Part shown: positions 42,704 through 55,489 of the stretch, one piece after another
Layout of the letters: each line of letters opens with the position of its first letter
How positions within the stretch are numbered: position 1 is the stretch's first letter
Assembly: GCA_043816955.1 (NCBI GenBank)
Contig: JBDRHL010000221.1
Coordinates: 590-64,589, forward strand
DNA from: Planctomycetota bacterium
GTDB taxonomy: Bacteria; Planctomycetota; Phycisphaerae; Sedimentisphaerales; CAYZTY01
Length of the DNA: 64,000 nucleotides
Direction: 5' to 3'
Program-made: the position numbers and the translations under genes
The notes under the pieces: model-generated
Database searches by the model: none
The model's input: only the letters and a program-made list of their open reading frames with translations
What the model was told of the DNA's origin: nothing

Positions 42704-43123
42704 TTACAATGCGTGCCTGCGAAACACAAATCTGCACCTGACCGGCATTTTATGCGCAACCCGAAGAAGCGCCTCCTTGGCTACATCCTCTGTCACCCCG
42801 CCGATCTCGAACATTATTGTCCCAGGTCTCACGCACGCCGCCCAGAAGGCAATTTCGCCTTTACCTTTGCCCATACGCGTCTCAAGAGGTTTCGCACTGA
42901 CTGACTTGTGCGGAAAAATTCTAATATAAACCCTTCCTTCACGATGAAGAAAGTGCGTCGCTGCAACTCTGCCGGCCTCTATCTGCCTGCCGGTTAGCCA
43001 GCTCATCTCAAGAGACTGCAGCCCGTATTCACCAAATGCCACAAAGTTGCTGCGAGTGGCATTGCCTTTCATTCTGCCTCGCTGATTCTTGCGGTACTTT
43101 ACTCTTTTCGGCATTAACGCCAT
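42704..43123 (-). CDS. rplP: 50S ribosomal protein L16
   Basis: PKRVKYRK and ETRMGKGKG. Confidence 0.98.
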   Translation of the reverse strand: MALMPKRVKYRKNQRGRMKGNATRSNFVAFGEYGLQSLEMSWLTGRQIEAGRVAATHFLHREGRVYIRIFPHKSVSAKPLETRMGKGKGEIAFWAACVRPGTIMFEIGGVTEDVAKEALLRVAHKMPVRCRFVFRRHAL

Positions 43124-43152
43124 TCTTATGACCTCTTACAAAAAATCACTTA

Positions 43153-43935
43153 TTACCCCTGCTCTCTGCTCTCCGACGACTTGCTCCTTCTCGAACCTGA
43201 TCGAGATGTCCTGCCCCCTCCGCTCGCACCTCGCGACTCCCCTCTGCCACCTCGCCGCGCCTGCATTCGCCGGGGTCTGCTAGATACAATCTGCTCTTCT
43301 CCGAATTTACCCTTGTAAATCCACACCTTAATACCAACACAGCCGTATGTCGTAAACGATGTCGCCGTACCATAATCAACATTCGCATCAAGCATCTGAA
43401 GAGGAATACTGCCAAGCTTCTGGGTCTCACACCTGGCCATCTCTGACCCTGCCAGCCGACCGGAACAGATAATCTTAACTCCTTTAGCACCGGCATTTAT
43501 CGCTGACTCACAATGCGTCTTCATCGCCCGCCTGAATGATGCTCGCTTCGCCAGCTGTTCAGCAAGACCCTCGGCTACCAGCTTTGCATCAAGAGCTGGC
43601 TCCTTGATCTCTATCACATTCACCGCTATCTTGCGGTCAATCAGCTCTTCAAGCTCCTCACGAAGCTTGTCAACTTCCGCTCCTCGCGGACCAATCACCA
43701 TACCAGGACGCGCCGTATGAAGCGTCACCTTCACCTCGTTCCGTGTTCGCGCAATTGATACCTTGGCTACAGCTGCATAAGGAGGCTGACGGTTAAATTT
43801 GCGGTCTATAAAATTGCGAATGCGCTGGTCCTCGACAAGAAATTCGCCATAATTACCCTTGGGGGCATACCACGTACTCTGCCAATCGAGCGTTATACCC
43901 GTCCGAAAACCTATTGGCGATGTCTTTTGACCCAT
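43153..43935 (-). CDS. rpsC: 30S ribosomal protein S3
   Basis: MGQKTSPIGFR, ARPGMVIG and GIKVWIYKG; start corrected from the ORF track. Confidence 0.97.
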   Translation of the reverse strand: MGQKTSPIGFRTGITLDWQSTWYAPKGNYGEFLVEDQRIRNFIDRKFNRQPPYAAVAKVSIARTRNEVKVTLHTARPGMVIGPRGAEVDKLREELEELIDRKIAVNVIEIKEPALDAKLVAEGLAEQLAKRASFRRAMKTHCESAINAGAKGVKIICSGRLAGSEMARCETQKLGSIPLQMLDANVDYGTATSFTTYGCVGIKVWIYKGKFGEEQIVSSRPRRMQARRGGRGESRGASGGGRTSRSGSRRSKSSESREQG

Positions 43936-43937
43936 AA

Positions 43938-44486
43938 CTATTCCTCTGTCACCGTTATATGTATATGGCTCGCAGTCTTGCGAATCGGATGGGCACGACC
44001 ACGGTCTTTCGGAATCCACCGCTTGGTGCCAAGACGAATACCTGCATCGTCAACACGCGCCTCACTTACATACAGGCTTTCAACATCCGCCTCCTGCTCG
44101 TCTGCATCGGCAATAGCACATTTTAATACCTTGCTCACCATCTCCGCCGCACGCTTCCGGGTAAATTTTAACGTATCAATCGCCTCTTGAACCCCCTTAC
44201 CCGCTATCAACTGCGTTACAAGCCTTGCCTTCCTGGCGGAAATCGGTGCATATTTACAGCTTGACCGCCACTCTGATAAATCCCTGACACCAACGCCCAG
44301 AGCATCTGCCAGGCGCTCAACATCCGCACTCCGGACAGCAGGCTTGAATTGCCCGTGCTGCCAGTTCTTTATCGCTGTAGCCGCTTTGCCCTTATCCAGG
44401 CCGCCCCGAACAAGCTGACCCGCCAGCTCATCCGTGCTCACCTGGTTCCTCGCACAAATTTCTCTGAATTTACCGCTGCTTAGCAT
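43938..44486 (-). CDS. rplV: 50S ribosomal protein L22 with N-terminal HTH-like extension
   Basis: ISARKARLV, PKDRGRA and HIHITV in the C-terminal ~110 aa; about 70 extra N-terminal residues. Confidence 0.93.
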   Translation of the reverse strand: MLSSGKFREICARNQVSTDELAGQLVRGGLDKGKAATAIKNWQHGQFKPAVRSADVERLADALGVGVRDLSEWRSSCKYAPISARKARLVTQLIAGKGVQEAIDTLKFTRKRAAEMVSKVLKCAIADADEQEADVESLYVSEARVDDAGIRLGTKRWIPKDRGRAHPIRKTASHIHITVTEE

Positions 44487-44517
44487 AAAAAACCTTAATC
44501 AACAAAACTCGTCGACC

Positions 44518-44784
44518 TTACTTCTTACTCCCGGCATGTCCTTTGAAAGTACGGGTCGGCGAAAACTCGCCAAGCTTATGACCTACCATATCCTCACTCA
44601 CGAATACCTTGTGAAACATCTTGCCGTTGTGAACCATAAACGTAAAACCCACAAACTCCGGAACTATCGTACACCGACGTGCCCACGTCTTGATCGGTTC
44701 ACGACTGCCGCTGTCAATCTGCCTGCTGACCTTCTCAAACACCTTCGCATCGACATATGGGCCTTTTTTAAGAGACCGTCCCAT
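44518..44784 (-). CDS. rpsS: 30S ribosomal protein S19
   Basis: [10 protein letters not shown] and [13 protein letters not shown]. Confidence 0.98.
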   Translation of the reverse strand: MGRSLKKGPYVDAKVFEKVSRQIDSGSREPIKTWARRCTIVPEFVGFTFMVHNGKMFHKVFVSEDMVGHKLGEFSPTRTFKGHAGSKK

Positions 44785-44805
44785 TAATATCCCTCATTTT
44801 CTCAA

Positions 44806-45657
44806 CTACAATACTAGTTGACCTGATCGCACATTCTTCCGACGACGAATTATCCGCTTCCTGCTCGGATTACGCGGATTACGCGTCTTGCCGCCTTTTG
44901 CCGGAACTCCCGTTGGAGAACATGGATGACGACCGCCGTTGGATCGGCCTTCACCGCCGCCAAGCGGATGGTCAACTGGATTCATCGCTTTGCCTCGTGT
45001 ATGAGGCCGGCGACCCATATGGCGTTTCCGGCCGGCTTTGCCTATCTTGATATTCTGATAATCGCCATTGCTCAATTGTCCGATAGTAGCACGGCATTCT
45101 CTGCGAACCATCCGCATTTCACCGCTCGGCAGCACAAATGTCACCCAGTCGCCTTCTTTTGCCATCACACGGGCAACACCACCGGCACTGCGAACCAGTT
45201 TGCCCCCCTGGCCCGCTGTCATCTCTATATTATGAACCTCAACCCCAACAGGTATTGACGACAGAGGCATCGAATTGCCCACTCTCGGTTCAACACGCAT
45301 TCCGCTCTCAATAACATCTCCGGACTTGATACCCTGCGGAGCAAGTATATATCGTTTCTCACCGTCAGCGTAATGCACCAGCGAAATAAAACAGTTCCGA
45401 TTAGGATCGTACTCCACTGTTGCAACCTTCGCCGCAATTCCGTCCTTGTTACGCTTAAAGTCGATAATCCGGTAAAGCCGCCGTGCACCGCCGCCGCGAA
45501 ACCTCGACGTCGTTACTCCATAGTGATTGCGCCCGCCGTGCTTCTTGATCCGTTTGCACAGAGACTTCTCCGCCCTGGCCGTCGTAAGCTCTGAGTAGTC
45601 GTTCACCGATGCGTTTCGCCGACCTGATGTCGTTGGGTTATATATTCGAATACCCAT
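44806..45657 (-). CDS. rplB: 50S ribosomal protein L2
   Basis: EYDPNR and AMNPVDHPLGGGEG. Confidence 0.98.
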   Translation of the reverse strand: MGIRIYNPTTSGRRNASVNDYSELTTARAEKSLCKRIKKHGGRNHYGVTTSRFRGGGARRLYRIIDFKRNKDGIAAKVATVEYDPNRNCFISLVHYADGEKRYILAPQGIKSGDVIESGMRVEPRVGNSMPLSSIPVGVEVHNIEMTAGQGGKLVRSAGGVARVMAKEGDWVTFVLPSGEMRMVRRECRATIGQLSNGDYQNIKIGKAGRKRHMGRRPHTRGKAMNPVDHPLGGGEGRSNGGRHPCSPTGVPAKGGKTRNPRNPSRKRIIRRRKNVRSGQLVL

Positions 45658-45676
45658 AATCGCCGCCTGTCAAATC

Positions 45677-45967
45677 CTAAAACAAATCAATGTGATAATC
45701 TTTACCAAGAACTACTGTTGCCTTCTTCCAGTTCGCTGTACGACCGAAAGACCTGCCGCGCCTGCGAGGCTTCCCCTTCCGATTCGCTGTACGAACCTCA
45801 CGAACCTTCACGCTATAAAGACGCTCAATTGCATCCTTTATCTGAACCTTATTCGCCTTCCTGTTTACCTCGAAAGAGTACGCACTGCGAGTATTTGCAA
45901 AATGGGTGCTCTGCTCTGTTATCAAAGGCCTTATTATTACCTGGTAATCATCCACCTTTTTGCCCAT
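45677..45967 (-). CDS. rplW: 50S ribosomal protein L23
   Basis: PLITE, ANKVQIK and WKKATV. Confidence 0.96.
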   Translation of the reverse strand: MGKKVDDYQVIIRPLITEQSTHFANTRSAYSFEVNRKANKVQIKDAIERLYSVKVREVRTANRKGKPRRRGRSFGRTANWKKATVVLGKDYHIDLF

Positions 45968-45971
45968 TCGC

Positions 45972-46601
45972 TTAGTTACTATTGCCCTTATTCACGAGAC
46001 GCATAAACGCCTCTTTTGTAAACAGCATCCACTGCCGTCCGCAGATGTCTCCGGCATTCAGATCGCAAACATTCATCACCTCTACCTTCGGAACATTTCT
46101 CGCAGACAGATATAAATTCCTTTCACGCTCCTCAACCGCCACAAGACAACTGCGATTAATCTTCAGATTATTAAGAGTCGTCACAAACTCCTTGGTTCTC
46201 GCCCTCTCGAACTTCAAATCCTCAACCAGAACCACCCTCTCACTCAGAAGCTTCGCAAGTATCGCTGAATCCCTCGCTAGACGCCTCTGCTTTTTAGGCA
46301 TCCTCTGACTGAAATCACGCGCTTGTTTTGCAAACGCCACGCCCCCGCCGCGACGAATCACCGTACGACGCGTACCCATACGGGCGTTACCAGTACCCTT
46401 TTGACGATACAATTTCCTGGTCGACCCGGCCACCATGCCTCTGCTGCGCGTAGCTGCCGTACCAACTCGCTTGTTCGCCTGGTACATCACTATAGCCTGC
46501 TTCAAAAGCGGATAACGAACTGTCCCTCCGAACACCGCCTCGTCAACCTGGACGCTGTCAACCTTATTACCGTCTCTGTCTAATACCGATAAAGCTATCA
46601 T
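45972..46601 (-). CDS. rplD: 50S ribosomal protein L4
   Basis: RQKGTGNARMG and RGGGVAF. Confidence 0.96.
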   Translation of the reverse strand: MIALSVLDRDGNKVDSVQVDEAVFGGTVRYPLLKQAIVMYQANKRVGTAATRSRGMVAGSTRKLYRQKGTGNARMGTRRTVIRRGGGVAFAKQARDFSQRMPKKQRRLARDSAILAKLLSERVVLVEDLKFERARTKEFVTTLNNLKINRSCLVAVEERERNLYLSARNVPKVEVMNVCDLNAGDICGRQWMLFTKEAFMRLVNKGNSN

Positions 46602-46629
46602 TCCGAATCGTTCCGACTGCTTCTGTAAA

Positions 46630-47277
46630 CTACTTCTTCTTCGACTGACGAACAATTACATAACCGTCCGGCGGCCCTGCTACTGCACCTTTTATAACCA
46701 GCAGATTCCGCTGCTCATCTATACTCACTAACTGATGGTTCTTTGTCGTAACCTTTACATGACCCGCGCGACCTGCCATCCGCTTGCCCTTCTTAACGTT
46801 CCCGCCGTGGCCCCGATCGCTCGCATGGCTGCTTATCGAACCGGATGAACGGTGCTTGCGCTCCGTCCCGTGAGACGATGGAAAGCCCTTGAAACCATGA
46901 CGTTTCATCACACCGGTAAAACCTTTTCCTTTGCTCGTTCCGGTTACATCCACGTATTTGACTTCTGAAAATACCGACACCGTTACATCAATACCAGCCG
47001 AATATCCCGCTTCAGCATCACCATCAAATCGCATCTCACGCAACAGCCTCATCGGCACACTGCCTGCCTTTGATGTATGACCAGCCGCCGGTTTCGTGCG
47101 ACGGGATTTTTTAACTTCATCATAACCAAGCTGTACCGCATTATAGCCGTCTACTTCAGAACTCTTGACCTGAATCACCTTGCACGGACCTGCAGAAATC
47201 ACCGTAACCGGAATAATCCGGCCGCTCTCGTCATAAACTTGAGTCATTCCAACTTTTTTCCCAAGTAGCATTACCAT
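46630..47277 (-). CDS. rplC: 50S ribosomal protein L3
   Basis: GKKVGMTQ and SKGKGFTGVMKRHGF. Confidence 0.98.
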   Translation of the reverse strand: MVMLLGKKVGMTQVYDESGRIIPVTVISAGPCKVIQVKSSEVDGYNAVQLGYDEVKKSRRTKPAAGHTSKAGSVPMRLLREMRFDGDAEAGYSAGIDVTVSVFSEVKYVDVTGTSKGKGFTGVMKRHGFKGFPSSHGTERKHRSSGSISSHASDRGHGGNVKKGKRMAGRAGHVKVTTKNHQLVSIDEQRNLLVIKGAVAGPPDGYVIVRQSKKK

Positions 47278-47360
47278 CGATAATTCACCTTATCTGCTCC
47301 GCAGCGATTCAAATAAAAAACATGCCTCCTCAGCATGTTCTATATACTACTCCGACAACC

Positions 47361-47675
47361 TTATGCCTTTATCTTGACAAAAACGCCCGCAGGCACAACC
47401 AGCCGGTTCAGAGCTTCGACTGTACGGGCATTCGCTTCATAGATGTCTATCAAACGCTTGTGCGTCCGCATCTCGAACTGCTCACGCGATTTCTTATCTA
47501 TGTGAGGACTTCGCAGCACTGTATACCTCTCAATACGCGTAGGAAGAGGAACAGGACCGCTCACACGCGCATTCGTCCGACGCGCATGATCTACGATCTC
47601 CTTGGCAGAAGCATCAAGAGCACGATGATCATACGCTTCCATACGGATACGAATTCGTTCGGTCTGAACCGCCAT
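47361..47675 (-). CDS. rpsJ: 30S ribosomal protein S10
   Basis: GPVPLPT and [12 protein letters not shown]. Confidence 0.98.
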   Translation of the reverse strand: MAVQTERIRIRMEAYDHRALDASAKEIVDHARRTNARVSGPVPLPTRIERYTVLRSPHIDKKSREQFEMRTHKRLIDIYEANARTVEALNRLVVPAGVFVKIKA

Positions 47676-48050
47676 GACTCTCCCTTTTTATCAGCTACCT
47701 AAACGTCCGATAAATAATGGCTTGCCATTTGCATAAGATTCGCAAAAATAACAACTAATACCAAAAAAACAAGGCAAAAAAACTAAAATTTCCACACTTT
47801 ACAATACTAATGTGATTTTTTGATACTGGCAGGAAAGGTAACGTGTACGACCTTCCTTCACATCTACCCATCCGGCTTAAGCAGGCACCTCAACTTGCGA
47901 CACCTGCTGCACCATACGACGGGTACTATTTCACAGCCGTCCTTGTGTCAATAATGATATGCTCCAGCCCAACTCGATACGCACACCGCTCCGCAGCATG
48001 CTCGCTCCGGCCGCTAAAAAACTTGCTTTTACCACACAAATATTATCTCG

Positions 48051-50135
48051 TCAAGAAAATGTTGATAAAATTTTTTCTGAAATTTGCTCCGGCACCCGCT
48101 GGTAATGTGAAGGCTCCATCGCAAACGTGCCCCGTCCCCGTGTAAGACCCCGGATCTCACTCGAATACCCGAACATCTCACCCAGCGGAACTCGCACATC
48201 AAGCACACGCATGTGTCCATGCGGGCGGGAATCAAAAATCTCTCCTCGCTTGCTTACAAGGCTCCCCTGCACTGCGCCGTAATTCTCCTCAGGGATAACA
48301 ACTTGAACTCGCATTATCGGCTCCAGAAGAATTGCATGAGCCTTTTTTATCGCCTCATTGGTCGCTATCGCCGCTGCACGTTCAAACGCAATTTCAGACG
48401 AATCCACAGAATGATATGACCCGTCAAGCAACGTAACTTTAACTCCCACAAGAGGATAACCACCGAGAGGACCGCTGCTCAATGCATCATAAACCCCCTC
48501 TTCCACACCCCCAATATACTCCTTCGGCACCGCCCCGCCTACTACCGAGTTCTCAAACTGGTTCGTCTTATTATATTGACCATTTTCATCCAAAAATGAC
48601 TCAACACGCACAACCACATGCCCATACTGACCACGACCCCCGCTCTGCTGGACAAACCTACCTTCGCTCTCTCCAACTTCCGTTATAGTTTCTTTATACG
48701 CCACACGCGGCTTACCTACCCGCACACCTACCTTCAGGTCACGAACAAGACGATGCTCCAGAACCTCAAGATGAAGTTCTCCCATGCCGCTGATTATCGT
48801 TTCCCCCGTCTCGCTGTTATATCTGCTGCTGAACGTAGGATCCTCACGCCGAAGTAGCGAAAGCGCCGCTGACAGTTTCTCCCGATCCCCGCTTGTCCGG
48901 GGTTCGATCGACATGTCAATCACCGCCTCCGGAAACTTTATTCTTTCCAGAATAACCGGATTGCGAGTGTCGCAAATCGTATCGCCCGTATAGCTGTTCT
49001 TCAGACCCACAACAGCTACAATATCGCCTGCACTTGCGTAATCCAGAAGCCTGCGTGACTCGGCATGCATCTCAAAAATACGCGTAATATTCTCTTTGCC
49101 CCCCCTGCTTGAATTCAGAACCCGGCTGCCCGACTTCAAAACACCACGGTAAATCCGCAAAAAATTCAAATCCCCATGCTGATCGCTGGTTATCTTGAAG
49201 ACCATCGCAACAAGACTACCGCCCCGATCACATTTTACCATTACCTCCTCTTCCTCCTTGCCCAGCTTATGTCCCTTGGCAGCAGGCCTGTCAACCGGAG
49301 AAGGAAGATATGCCACTACTCCATCAAGAAGCCTCTGAACTCCTATATACTTCAACGCTGAGCCGACAAACACCGGGTTAATACGTGCAGCAACCGTTCC
49401 TTTGCGAATCACTCGGCGAAGCATTTCCACTACCATCGGACCATCATCCATAAACGCCTCTGCCAGTTCATCATCCATATCCGCCATCGACTCGATCATT
49501 ATCTCTCGCCAGTGTTTCGCTTCCTCCATATATTTCCGCGGAATTTCACATTCGTCATACCTCGCCCCTAGTACCTCAGGCTTATAGAAAACTGCCTTCA
49601 TCTCAACCAGATCAATCAGACCCTCGAATCCGCTTTCTGCACCTATCGGAATCTGAAGTGCAACCGGATTTGCAACCAGTTTGTCACGGATACTCTCTAC
49701 CGTCATCTCAAAGTCAGCGCCGACTTTATCCATCTTGTTTACAAAACAAAGACATGCTAGACTGTATTTCCTGCCCTGACGCCACACCGTCTCCGTCTGT
49801 GCCTGAACCCCCTCGCTTGCGTCAAACACTGCAACCGCTCCGTCAAGAACCCGAAGCGATCTTTCCACCTCCGCTGTAAAATCAACGTGCCCCGGCGTAT
49901 CTATCAGGTTAATAACAGATTCCTTCCACGGACACCGTGTCGCAGCAGACGTTATCGTAATACCGCGCTGTTGTTCCTCCTCCAGGTAATCCATCGTTGT
50001 CGTCCCCTCATGCACCTCCCCCATCTTGTATATCTTCCCCGTATAATAAAGCACACGCTCCGTAACCGTCGTCTTGCCGGCATCAATATGCGCCATTATA
50101 CCGATATTACGCAACTTTTTCAGATCCTCCGGCAT
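48051..50135 (-). CDS. fusA: Elongation factor G
   Basis: AHIDAGKTT, RGITI, DTPGHVDF, NKMD and HSVDSS. Confidence 0.97.
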   Translation of the reverse strand: MPEDLKKLRNIGIMAHIDAGKTTVTERVLYYTGKIYKMGEVHEGTTTMDYLEEEQQRGITITSAATRCPWKESVINLIDTPGHVDFTAEVERSLRVLDGAVAVFDASEGVQAQTETVWRQGRKYSLACLCFVNKMDKVGADFEMTVESIRDKLVANPVALQIPIGAESGFEGLIDLVEMKAVFYKPEVLGARYDECEIPRKYMEEAKHWREIMIESMADMDDELAEAFMDDGPMVVEMLRRVIRKGTVAARINPVFVGSALKYIGVQRLLDGVVAYLPSPVDRPAAKGHKLGKEEEEVMVKCDRGGSLVAMVFKITSDQHGDLNFLRIYRGVLKSGSRVLNSSRGGKENITRIFEMHAESRRLLDYASAGDIVAVVGLKNSYTGDTICDTRNPVILERIKFPEAVIDMSIEPRTSGDREKLSAALSLLRREDPTFSSRYNSETGETIISGMGELHLEVLEHRLVRDLKVGVRVGKPRVAYKETITEVGESEGRFVQQSGGRGQYGHVVVRVESFLDENGQYNKTNQFENSVVGGAVPKEYIGGVEEGVYDALSSGPLGGYPLVGVKVTLLDGSYHSVDSSEIAFERAAAIATNEAIKKAHAILLEPIMRVQVVIPEENYGAVQGSLVSKRGEIFDSRPHGHMRVLDVRVPLGEMFGYSSEIRGLTRGRGTFAMEPSHYQRVPEQISEKILSTFS

Positions 50136-50155
50136 ACACCACCTTTCACTTCAAA

Positions 50156-50197
50156 TAGAAAAACTGCCACGGCCTCATATGAAACCGTGGCAGTTTT
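50156..50197 (-). terminator. Terminator-like hairpin between rpsG and fusA
   Basis: 13-bp inverted repeat AAAACTGCCACGG (50160-50172) / CCGTGGCAGTTTT (50185-50197), with a T-tract on the - strand. Confidence 0.55.
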
Positions 50198-50208
50198 CAA
50201 CTCCTGTA

Positions 50209-50682
50209 TTACCACGCAAAATGCGCAAATGCCTTATTCGCCTCTGCCATCCTGTGAATGTTCTCACGCGTCGTCATCGCCCCTCCCGTATTCTTATAAG
50301 CATCCATCAGCTCCGACGCAAGACGCTCGCTCATCGGCTTGCCTTTTTTCGCCCGTGCCGCCTGAATAATCCAGCGAATCGCAAGCGACTGGCGACGCCT
50401 GGGATTCACCTGCATCGGAACTTGGTAGCTCGCACCTCCAACTCGCTTACTGCGAACTTCTATCATGGGCTTTACGTTATTCACCGCCTTCTCGAAAATT
50501 TCATAAACTGACACGTCCTTGACATTCTTGGATATTATTGCCATTGCGTCAGCAAATACTCTCTGAGCAACGCTCTTCTTGCCCTGCTGCATCAGGCAAT
50601 TAACAAACTTGCTCACAAGCTTGCTGCCGTGAACAGGATCCGGCTTCAGCTGGTCTCCTGATGCCGTAAATCTCTTCGCCAT
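50209..50682 (-). CDS. rpsG: 30S ribosomal protein S7
   Basis: [15 protein letters not shown] and [13 protein letters not shown]. Confidence 0.98.
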   Translation of the reverse strand: MAKRFTASGDQLKPDPVHGSKLVSKFVNCLMQQGKKSVAQRVFADAMAIISKNVKDVSVYEIFEKAVNNVKPMIEVRSKRVGGASYQVPMQVNPRRRQSLAIRWIIQAARAKKGKPMSERLASELMDAYKNTGGAMTTRENIHRMAEANKAFAHFAW

Positions 50683-50734
50683 TTTATGCCTTTCTGTCTT
50701 TCTTCAAATACTTTACAAAAGCTGCGCTGCCGAT

Positions 50735-51100
50735 TTATTGTTTGGCTCCATATTTACTCCGGCCTTGCTTGCGCCCAGATACTCCTGCTGCATCAAGTAC
50801 ACCGCGAACTATGTGATAACGAACACCCGGAAGGTCGCGAACTCTGCCACCACGAATCAGCACTGTGCTGTGCTCTTGCAGGTTGTGGTCAATACCAGGT
50901 ATGTACGCCGTCACTTCCTCGCCGTTTGTCAGTCGAACACGCGCTATCTTTCGAAGAGCTGAGTTCGGCTTCTTCGGAGTCTGTGTACGAACAATAAGAC
51001 AAACACCCCGCTTCTGCGGACTGCCCGAAATATCCGATTTCCGCTTCCTGCCTTTGCCCTTTGCTCGGGCCTTTCTAACTAACTGATTTATCGTCGGCAT
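50735..51100 (-). CDS. rpsL: 30S ribosomal protein S12
   Basis: [17 protein letters not shown] and DLPGVRY. Confidence 0.98.
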   Translation of the reverse strand: MPTINQLVRKARAKGKGRKRKSDISGSPQKRGVCLIVRTQTPKKPNSALRKIARVRLTNGEEVTAYIPGIDHNLQEHSTVLIRGGRVRDLPGVRYHIVRGVLDAAGVSGRKQGRSKYGAKQ

Positions 51101-51128
51101 ACTATCTCCAAATTCATTCAAAAAAACA

Positions 51129-55400
<4,272 letters not shown>

Positions 55401-55489
55401 TGTAGGACCAGCCTCAAAATGAATTAAAATACACTATTGCCTTAAAACCGCTCTTTTTACCGTCCATTGCTGCTGCAACTATCTTTCAT

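Noticed and set aside
47676-48050. Missing tuf between fusA and rpsJ
   Set aside because: From recall, this order is usual in planctomycetes, where tuf lies upstream of secE (outside the window). The spacer ORF 47843-48145 has no recognisable motifs.
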